Shown: positions 8,824 through 15,359 of the stretch, piece after piece | Numbering within the stretch: the stretch's first letter is position 1 | How the letters are laid out: the number at the start of each line of letters is the position of its first letter | DNA from: a virus | Taxonomy: Duplodnaviria; Caudoviricetes | Reading direction: 5' to 3' (one strand) | IMG/VR virus record: IMGVR_UViG_3300021400_001319 | Location: 1 to 64,000 of that record | Length of the DNA stretch: 64,000 nucleotides | Translations under genes and position numbers: made by a program | The notes under the pieces: generated by a model | What the model saw: the letters and a program-made list of their open reading frames with translations, nothing else | The model's database searches: none | What the model was told of the DNA's origin: nothing

Positions 8824-9745
8824 CGAAGATTTAAAGCGGGCCTTTATTCAAACAATGGTGGATACTGGAATCAACAAAACTATTGAAGCTGTAGCTTCTC
8901 AGTATTTTAAACAGGCTGAGCCAGTTGAAGAAGCATTGCAAAAGGATCTTTCCAATTTTAATATTAACGAGATAATTGGTATGCTTAAACACTTCTGCAC
9001 TCCATCTATGGAAACACTTATGATGGGAACCAGCGTGTTTCGCAGATACACATATTACTGTATCAAGGAGAATGGTGTAACAGATAAGCTTAATCATTAC
9101 GAAGAAGTTACCAATGAAATGTATTTGGATTGTGTAAACAAAAGCCTTTCAGAGGATAAGATTATTTCCAGGCAGAACCTAATGAAACAGGTTCATCTAC
9201 TTGAAAATCCTGTGGAACAGTTTGTTCTATTTGCTGTATTTGAGGGGCTTGGCGGTGTTGGCTGCATGGACCTAGTAGATATTCAACTGAGCCAGTTTCA
9301 CGACAATACCGTTACTTTAAGATCGGGAAGAGTCCTCTCTGTTCCTTCTGAGCTTGTTGCTATAGCTCAGGAATCAGCAGACGAATACTTTTATTATCCA
9401 CCAAATGCATCTGCCGAAAAGTACGAGAAGGTTAAATTCAAGGATGAACCAGGCATCATCAAGAGTCTTTATAATGTTAAAGCAGACTCTTCTGATCGCA
9501 GAAAGGCCTACAATATTGTCAATAAACTAAGAAGAATTTCTGACAGAGCAGGTACCAAAGCCTTTTTGAATGGCCATCTAATAGAGTCCGGGAGAATAGA
9601 CCTCATAAAAAGGGTTATGTTGGAGCAGAAAGAAACTGACCCTCGCAAGGCTATGCGATTATGCAGGGATGAAATGAAGGTAAGGTACGGCGAGATACAA
9701 GCCGTAGGAAGATGGCTGCTAAAATATGAGAAATACCTAGAGTGA
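8816..9745 (+). CDS. tyrosine-recombinase-fold DNA-binding protein, SPbeta YopR/MrpR-like repressor
   Basis: MYNEDLKRAF start, E..LQKDL..F...I, VFEGLGG....L and IESG motifs recall YopR/MrpR; no canonical HxxR; GGAGG RBS. Confidence 0.7.
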   Translation: MYNEDLKRAFIQTMVDTGINKTIEAVASQYFKQAEPVEEALQKDLSNFNINEIIGMLKHFCTPSMETLMMGTSVFRRYTYYCIKENGVTDKLNHYEEVTNEMYLDCVNKSLSEDKIISRQNLMKQVHLLENPVEQFVLFAVFEGLGGVGCMDLVDIQLSQFHDNTVTLRSGRVLSVPSELVAIAQESADEYFYYPPNASAEKYEKVKFKDEPGIIKSLYNVKADSSDRRKAYNIVNKLRRISDRAGTKAFLNGHLIESGRIDLIKRVMLEQKETDPRKAMRLCRDEMKVRYGEIQAVGRWLLKYEKYLE

Positions 9746-9763
9746 GAAAATCTCACTCTTTTT
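9740..9763 (+). terminator. intrinsic terminator
   Basis: GAGTGAGA-aaa-TCTCACTC followed by T5. Confidence 0.75.
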
Positions 9764-9797
9764 CTCTGTAATAACTGTTAAAAATTAACAATTTACA

Positions 9798-9855
9798 TTG
9801 ACACAGACTTGGAATAAAATATAGTTAACACTTGATTATATCGAACAAACGTTCT
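9798..9855 (+). promoter_or_regulatory. promoter with downstream LexA (Cheo) box
   Basis: TTGACA 9798, TATAGT 9820; CGAACAAACGTTC at 9842-9854 fits the Bacillota consensus CGAACRNRYGTTY. Confidence 0.65.
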
Positions 9856-9905
9856 AAAATGTAGCTATAGGTTGTTTGTTATTTGTTTTTGGGGGATTTT
9901 GGAAT

Positions 9906-10154
9906 ATGACAGTAGCAGAAATGATTGAAACTATAGGCTTTGCAACGGTAGACGTTCTAAATGTTACACCAGTGGGAAGAGATAGTTACCGCTTTGATAT
10001 TGATCACATATCAGAAGACAAGGATATATTCTATCTGGAAGATGCTGAGGGGCATACTATGGAATTGTATAAAGACTCTGAGGTCAAGTTTAACGATGGG
10101 GAATATAGCATAGACAGAGGTGATTGTCTAAAATGCATAAAACTCAGCGGGTAA
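9906..10154 (+). CDS. hypothetical acidic protein (first gene after the LexA box)
   Basis: ORF track (9876) re-started at ATG 9906. Confidence 0.6.
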   Translation: MTVAEMIETIGFATVDVLNVTPVGRDSYRFDIDHISEDKDIFYLEDAEGHTMELYKDSEVKFNDGEYSIDRGDCLKCIKLSG

Positions 10155-10173
10155 TTTCGTAGAGTTTTGTACA

Positions 10174-10202
10174 CTGCAAATAATTAACAGTTATGATATA
10201 GT
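10174..10202 (+). promoter_or_regulatory. promoter with TTAACAGTTAT palindrome in the spacer
   Basis: CTGCAA-17 bp-TATAGT with extended TG; palindrome at 10184-10194. Confidence 0.6.
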
Positions 10203-10231
10203 TATATTAGGCTGTTGGTTGGGGGTAATGT

Positions 10232-10402
10232 ATGAAATCAGAATCTGAGCACCTTTATCAATGTTCAAGGTGCAATAAAATTTTCCCAAAAGAGAAGATA
10301 GTAATAACAGAAAAACGGCTCTATTCAAGTGTGGTACAGGAGAAGTCTTGTCCTGCTTGTGGTGGTCGTGTTGTCTTCTTCAAAGACCACAAATTTGTAT
10401 AA
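10232..10402 (+). CDS. 56-aa zinc-ribbon protein
   Basis: hand-translated MKSESEHLYQCSRC...SCPACGG...; below the ORF-track cutoff. Confidence 0.6.
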   Translation: MKSESEHLYQCSRCNKIFPKEKIVITEKRLYSSVVQEKSCPACGGRVVFFKDHKFV

Positions 10403-10404
10403 TA

Positions 10405-10516
10405 TAAAAGTAGAAGCACCTGCTCCGGATTCCCAGTCACAAAGCAGATGCCTCAAGCGATAATATTAAACATGAAGGCTTTATCTCCCTTCTTCTCGGG
10501 GATTTATTCCCCCTAC
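10405..10516 (-). ncRNA. putative small RNA
   Basis: minus-strand TTGACT-17-TATTAT promoter (10523-10551) and 11-bp hairpin (10413-10454) that pairs fully only on the minus strand, followed by a U-rich tract. Confidence 0.45.
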
Positions 10517-10613
10517 ACTTTTATAATATAACAGACAATAACAAAAGTCAACATCTTGTGTTTTTTTAAAGTCAAGCACAAGATGTGGATAAAGATTAAA
10601 AGGAGAAAAAGGT

Positions 10614-11435
10614 ATGGAAGAATTACAGGTCAAAGTCGAGCAATCGCCCGGCATAATCAAGTGTAACTTTGATGAAATTAAAGAAGCTTTAAAGCTTCAA
10701 ATGACAGCTTACACAAGTCTTGAAATCACAGAGGCTGATATTAAAGAAAGAAAAGCAGATCTTGCCACTCTCAGAAAAATCAGAACTGCTGTTGATGATG
10801 AGCGTAAGCGTGTTAAAAAGGAATTCAGTAAGCCTTATGACGCTTTTGAGGCTGAGGTTAAGGAAGTTCTTGCAGTTATTGACGAGCCAATTGATATGAT
10901 CAATGGCAAGCTCAAGGAGTTTGAGGCTAAGAGGATAGAGGAAAAACAAGCACATCTGCACGAGCTGTACGTCACCAACATAGGTGACTTTGCAGAATAC
11001 CTTCCTTACGAGTCTGTGGCAACAAAGAAGTGGGATAATGCTACATACAGTGACAAGGATATTCTTTTTGATATCTCAGAAGCTGTCACAAAGGTCAGGT
11101 CGGATATCGAAGTAATTAAAGCTCTTGGTTCCGAAATCGAGGAAGAGTGTCTTGCAGTATATAAAAAGGCTGGCAATGATCTTAAGGCTGCTATTCAGAA
11201 AAATAACGATTACAATGCAGCCAAGAAGCTTGCAGAAGAAAAGGTCAAAGAAGAAGCTGCTAAGAAAGAAGAAACACCTGTAGAAGTTAAGGAAGAAAAG
11301 CCAGCAGAACTTCCTAAGACAGAAAGCAAGGAAGAGGAAGTAATATACTTCAAGGTTGTTGGTAATGAAAACATTAAGTTTATCAGAGATTTCTGTGGAC
11401 TTAACGGAATAGAAGTAGAAGAGATACCGGGATAA
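10614..11435 (+). CDS. DUF1351-family (Gam-like) protein
   Basis: K...A.LRK...AVDDERKRVKKEFSKPYDAFE motif; precedes ERF. Confidence 0.8.
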   Translation: MEELQVKVEQSPGIIKCNFDEIKEALKLQMTAYTSLEITEADIKERKADLATLRKIRTAVDDERKRVKKEFSKPYDAFEAEVKEVLAVIDEPIDMINGKLKEFEAKRIEEKQAHLHELYVTNIGDFAEYLPYESVATKKWDNATYSDKDILFDISEAVTKVRSDIEVIKALGSEIEEECLAVYKKAGNDLKAAIQKNNDYNAAKKLAEEKVKEEAAKKEETPVEVKEEKPAELPKTESKEEEVIYFKVVGNENIKFIRDFCGLNGIEVEEIPG

Positions 11436-11447
11436 GGGGGAGTAACC

Positions 11448-12209
11448 ATGGCGACAAAGAAAGCAGAAGAAAACATTGAAGTAACTGTTGTGGACGTAAA
11501 GACAATGAACATCTTTCAGAAGATGCAGGCTATCACACAGGAGATCTCAGCAGTAGCCAAGAACCTTAATGTAGGTTTTGGCAAGTCACAGTACAAAGCA
11601 GTGGGGGAAGCAGATGTTCTTGCTGCAGTGAAACCTATTGAGGCTAAATACGGAGTGTATTCATATCCTCTTGAGAGGAATATAATTGACTCTGGAATAC
11701 TTGAGAATATTAAAAGTGATGGTTCTGTTAGTAAGTCACAGTTTCTTAGAGTAGCAACCACATACCGCTTCGTAAACATGGATAAGACAGACGAGTTTAT
11801 AGACATGGTTTCCTACGGTGATGGTGTTGATACACAGGATAAGGCTCCCGGAAAGGCCATGACATACTCAGATAAGTATTCACTTCTTAAAGCTTACAAG
11901 ATTATTACTGGTGATGACCCTGATCAGAATGCTTCACAGGAGTACACGACATACAACACACAGTCAGCTCCTAAACAGGCAGTTAAAGCACAGGAGACAG
12001 CCAAGATCCAACAGCAAGCACCTGCACAGAATGGCCCTATCCCAGGATATCCTTCACGTGATGAAATGATAGGTGTCTGCAAAAATCATTTTAACGGAGA
12101 CAATCTTCAGAAGCTTTTAACTTTCTACAAGGCTGATTCTATTGACGCACTCAGTAGCGAACAATTAGCAGTTGCCTACAGTACTGCTATGAAAAACAAA
12201 ACAGCATAA
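11448..12209 (+). CDS. ERF-family single-strand annealing protein
   Basis: YKAVGEADVLAAVKP and GDGVDTQDKAPGKAMTYSDKY motifs. Confidence 0.85.
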   Translation: MATKKAEENIEVTVVDVKTMNIFQKMQAITQEISAVAKNLNVGFGKSQYKAVGEADVLAAVKPIEAKYGVYSYPLERNIIDSGILENIKSDGSVSKSQFLRVATTYRFVNMDKTDEFIDMVSYGDGVDTQDKAPGKAMTYSDKYSLLKAYKIITGDDPDQNASQEYTTYNTQSAPKQAVKAQETAKIQQQAPAQNGPIPGYPSRDEMIGVCKNHFNGDNLQKLLTFYKADSIDALSSEQLAVAYSTAMKNKTA

Positions 12210-12215
12210 AGAGGT

Positions 12216-12443
12216 GTGGTTATGTTTGATTTGAAAGTGTTTTGCAAGTATACAGATGCGAAAGAAGCTCTTAAAGGTGTTGAGCTTGTACGTGGGTACT
12301 ACAAAAGTATTTGGGCAGAAGCTGATGCTGTAAATGATAACAATATTATGGACGAAACTGACGTTAGACTCTCTGAATTAGATGTTATGCAGGTCGAGAT
12401 TGAGAAAACGCTAAATGATTATAAGGAGTTCTTAGCACAATGA
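12216..12443 (+). CDS. hypothetical protein
   Basis: ORF track, GAGGTG RBS. Confidence 0.6.
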   Translation: MVMFDLKVFCKYTDAKEALKGVELVRGYYKSIWAEADAVNDNNIMDETDVRLSELDVMQVEIEKTLNDYKEFLAQ

Positions 12444-12970
12444 CGGGCACAGCACTTGAGATTGTAACATTCCTTATGGAGCAGGACAAAGCAAAACAAT
12501 GGGATTTAGAAGAGCACAAAGAGAAGAAGCACAGGAGCCTCGACAGCAATGCTTATTTTCACGTCTTATGTGACAAGCTCCGTCAAAAGCTTGGAATCTC
12601 AATGGCTCGATGTAAAAATCACCTGATAGCTGATTACGGCCGGGTTATGTATATCGAAGAGGGAGTTCCTCTTATATATAAAACCAATGCCCCTGAGGAT
12701 TACATGATGGAGCTTGAAACTATTCATACTAAGTGTGTGAAAGTTTCAGAGGAAAATGGTAAGCCAGTGTTCTTCTATAGGGTGTATAGAGGTAGTCACA
12801 CATACGACACAACCGAAATGGCCAAACTAATCCAGGGCACAATAGAGGAGTGCAAAGTACAAGATATAGAAACTGCGACGCCAGAAGAAATTGCGCATAT
12901 GGCTATGTTATGGGAGCAAAAGTATGCACGACAGAACAAAAGCGACATCGATACCACCGAAGATCCGTGA
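12440..12970 (+). CDS. NinB/DUF1367-like recombination protein
   Basis: RSLDSNAYFHVLC and GSHTYDTTEMAKLI...EC...IET motifs. Confidence 0.75.
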   Translation: MTGTALEIVTFLMEQDKAKQWDLEEHKEKKHRSLDSNAYFHVLCDKLRQKLGISMARCKNHLIADYGRVMYIEEGVPLIYKTNAPEDYMMELETIHTKCVKVSEENGKPVFFYRVYRGSHTYDTTEMAKLIQGTIEECKVQDIETATPEEIAHMAMLWEQKYARQNKSDIDTTEDP

Positions 12971-13244
12971 AGAAGTAGAAACTAGGGATAATCATCAATG
13001 CGTATTCTGCCATACCACGGATGGAGTTCGGGGCGAGGCTCATTACATAAGAAGAAGTCAGGCAGGGTTAGGTATTCCTCAAAACCTTTTGACCGTTTGC
13101 CGTAGTTGCCACCGACAGCTTGACGAGGGACAGGCTAAAGAATTGTATCGTGAGCGGGCAAAGGAATATCTTAAATCGATTTATCCAGATTGGAATGAAG
13201 AAGATTTAGTTTATAACAAATGGAAAGGTTTTAAGTATCAATAA
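12924..13244 (+). CDS. HNH/NinG-like nuclease
   Basis: CVFC...AHYIRRSQAGLG..NL...CRSCH. Confidence 0.8.
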   Translation: MHDRTKATSIPPKIREEVETRDNHQCVFCHTTDGVRGEAHYIRRSQAGLGIPQNLLTVCRSCHRQLDEGQAKELYRERAKEYLKSIYPDWNEEDLVYNKWKGFKYQ

Positions 13245-13256
13245 AGGAGAAACAAC

Positions 13257-13676
13257 ATGAACAAACTGAGTTTAGTTGGAAGAATTGTACGTGATGTTGA
13301 TATTAAGACATCACAGAATGGCAAAACAATTGCAAGATTTACGGTTGCAGCACAGAGAAAATACAAGAATAACGAAGGTAATTATGACAGTGATTTTATC
13401 CCGTGTGTTGCCTTTGACAAGAGTGCAGAGTTTATTGAGAAGTACTTTAAGAAAGGCGACATGATTGGTATTACTGGTCGTATGCAGAGTGGATCCTATG
13501 AAGGTCAGAACGGCAAAGTTTACACGCTGGATTGCTACGTAGATGAGGCTGAGTTCGTAGGAAGTAAAGGATCTAGTAATGGTTCTCAGCAGAACAATTC
13601 TCAGCCGGCACAGCAGAATAACAATGATTTCATGAGCATTCCTGACAATATCCCTGAAGAGTTGCCTTTTAACTGA
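13257..13676 (+). CDS. ssb: single-stranded DNA-binding protein
   Basis: MNKLSLVGRIVRD, DFIPCVAF, acidic ELPFN tail. Confidence 0.95.
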   Translation: MNKLSLVGRIVRDVDIKTSQNGKTIARFTVAAQRKYKNNEGNYDSDFIPCVAFDKSAEFIEKYFKKGDMIGITGRMQSGSYEGQNGKVYTLDCYVDEAEFVGSKGSSNGSQQNNSQPAQQNNNDFMSIPDNIPEELPFN

Positions 13677-13687
13677 TGAGGTGCAGT

Positions 13688-13942
13688 ATGCAGATACCAA
13701 TATTCAGGGCAAAAGATAGAGACAGTGACCAGATGGTCGAGGGGTTCTACGTTGAATACCCAGTTACCAATACCCAAGGGAGCAGTGAGATAACAACCAA
13801 TACTGCGCAGTGTATATTCACCTATAAGCCGGGAATGATGGGGCTGATCAATGAACCTTATGTATGCACGATTGAGCTTGGAACTTTGGAGTTTGTAAGG
13901 TATGTTGAAGTTCCTTGTTCAGTAGGGAAGATAATTTTGTAA
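13688..13942 (+). CDS. YopX-like protein
   Basis: IFRAKDRDSDQMVEGFY N-terminal motif. Confidence 0.55.
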   Translation: MQIPIFRAKDRDSDQMVEGFYVEYPVTNTQGSSEITTNTAQCIFTYKPGMMGLINEPYVCTIELGTLEFVRYVEVPCSVGKIIL

Positions 13943-14115
13943 AAGTTATAGATAGTTGTGGCAAGCCAGCAATAGTTAACCATGGAAAAACTATTGCAGA
14001 AGTCCGCCAAGAGGAAGGGGCCTGCAATGGCAGGATAGTAAAACGCAAGTCAGAGGGTCGCGCCCTCTGTGAGAACTGGCTAAAGTACGTAGAACTTGCT
14101 AGTGAAAAGAACTGA
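13915..14115 (+). CDS. hypothetical protein
   Basis: ORF track only. Confidence 0.4.
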   Translation: MFSREDNFVKVIDSCGKPAIVNHGKTIAEVRQEEGACNGRIVKRKSEGRALCENWLKYVELASEKN

Positions 14116-14257
14116 AGCCACAACAACTAAATATTCCAAGCTGTGGATGTAAGGCACTTCCTGTCTTGGAACATCATACTCCAACTGGTCCGAGTGGTGA
14201 TCAGCGCTTACAACATGTATACATAACATATCTTGTGCGACAACAAGAGCAAAATGC

Positions 14258-14330
14258 CGCCCCTTCGCCAAAAGGTTAAGGCCTGGGATTTTGGTTCCCA
14301 TATGTGTCGGTTCGAATCCGACAGGGGCTG
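14258..14330 (+). tRNA. tRNA-Gln(UUG), CCA not encoded
   Basis: acceptor CGCCCCT/AGGGGCT (1:72 mismatch), anticodon stem TGGGA/TCCCA with loop TT-TTG-GT, T-loop TTCGAAT, discriminator G. Confidence 0.92.
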
Positions 14331-14332
14331 CT

Positions 14333-14485
14333 GCAGGGATATGAAGAAGAGCCGATTCAGCCTACGTGGGTAGGTGTGGGTAATAGGACACTCTTCAAGC
14401 AGAGAACACGTTCCGATGAAGTCGGAGTGCTGATGAGAGAAATAGGGGAATAACCATAGATAAGGTGCAAGTCCTTAATTCCTGC
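14333..14485 (+). ncRNA. tRNA-like structured RNA (acceptor stem and T-arm enclosing a ~120-nt multi-hairpin insert)
   Basis: GCAGGGAT/ATTCCTGC closing stem, TAAGG-TGCAAGT-CCTTA T-arm, internal stems. Confidence 0.6.
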
Positions 14486-14487
14486 TG

Positions 14488-14550
14488 CTACCCGTTCGCC
14501 ATGGGTAGTTTTTACCTCTGTTTAGGGCAGGCTGCTACTCCTGCCCTTTT
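14488..14550 (+). terminator. tandem intrinsic terminators after the RNA genes
   Basis: CTACCC/GGGTAG+T5 and AGGGCAGG/CCTGCCCT+TTT. Confidence 0.65.
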
Positions 14551-14577
14551 CAAAAAAAGAAAGGAGTATGTTGGGGA

Positions 14578-15069
14578 ATGGATAATTTAACAGAGATAGC
14601 AGTTCAGTTAAAAAGGATAGCTGACTGCCTAGAAATGATGACAGCGGTTCCTAAAATAGACGCAAGTCCAGAGCAGATTAAAGAACTGGAAAAAGCGTTA
14701 AAGAAGGAACCTCTTACTTTTATTGAGGGGGAAAAAGGAACTCATCAGGATATTGTTGATGCATGGAACAATGAGATGGTTCCTTTGGGTATACCTAAGA
14801 TCAATGGCATAAGAAGTAAGAGAGCCACAATGGTTTCTGCCAGAATAAAAGAATATGGGAAAGAGTCTTTCTTCAAATGTATGGAAGAGGTAAAGCAGAG
14901 TTCTTTCCTACAGGGTAAAACAAAGAAACCGTGGACAGGCTTTACTTTCGACTGGCTGATATGCCCTAGTAACTTCCCGAAAGTCTTAGAGGGTAATTAT
15001 AACGATAGTAGAAAAAAAGAAGTCGAGCAGCCAACAAGTAGTGCATTACCGCTTGACTGGCTCAAATAA
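14578..15069 (+). CDS. phage replication initiator-like protein
   Basis: AWN...I....KR....AR...W..FTFDWL..P.NF.KVLEGNY motif typical of phage replisome organisers. Confidence 0.7.
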   Translation: MDNLTEIAVQLKRIADCLEMMTAVPKIDASPEQIKELEKALKKEPLTFIEGEKGTHQDIVDAWNNEMVPLGIPKINGIRSKRATMVSARIKEYGKESFFKCMEEVKQSSFLQGKTKKPWTGFTFDWLICPSNFPKVLEGNYNDSRKKEVEQPTSSALPLDWLK

Positions 15070-15074
15070 TATAT

Positions 15075-15350
15075 ATGGGGGTGGGGAAATTGGAACAGAA
15101 TGAATTTTTTGCTATTGCAAACAAACTTAAGGCAGCATATCCGAGAGAGGCTTTTCAGGAGCATTACACATTTGATTTGTGGTATGAGTGTCTGCGTGAC
15201 CTTGAAGCCAAGTGGGTTGATAAAGCTGTAATAGATTTAATAAAGACTATGAGGTACTGTCCTAAGATAAGCGACATAAGAGAGAAGTATGAGACATACG
15301 ACAGGAGAACAGAACAGCAGAAGTACGAGGAAGAACATGGACTCCAATAA
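15075..15350 (+). CDS. replicative helicase loader/inhibitor-like protein
   Basis: LKAAYP...LWYECLRDL...YCPKISDIR motif. Confidence 0.65.
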   Translation: MGVGKLEQNEFFAIANKLKAAYPREAFQEHYTFDLWYECLRDLEAKWVDKAVIDLIKTMRYCPKISDIREKYETYDRRTEQQKYEEEHGLQ

Positions 15351-15359
15351 GGGGGATAT

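Noticed and set aside
7500-10600. Arbitrium (aimR-aimP-aimX) locus
   Set aside because: No TPR-rich receptor and no signal-peptide-bearing ~40-aa pro-peptide found; MFNIIA is too short and lacks a secretion signal.
14428-14460. Hammerhead ribozyme (CTGATGAG...GAAA)
   Set aside because: No stem II between CUGAUGA and GAAA and no NUH cleavage triplet in a compatible position; the CUG is used in another helix.
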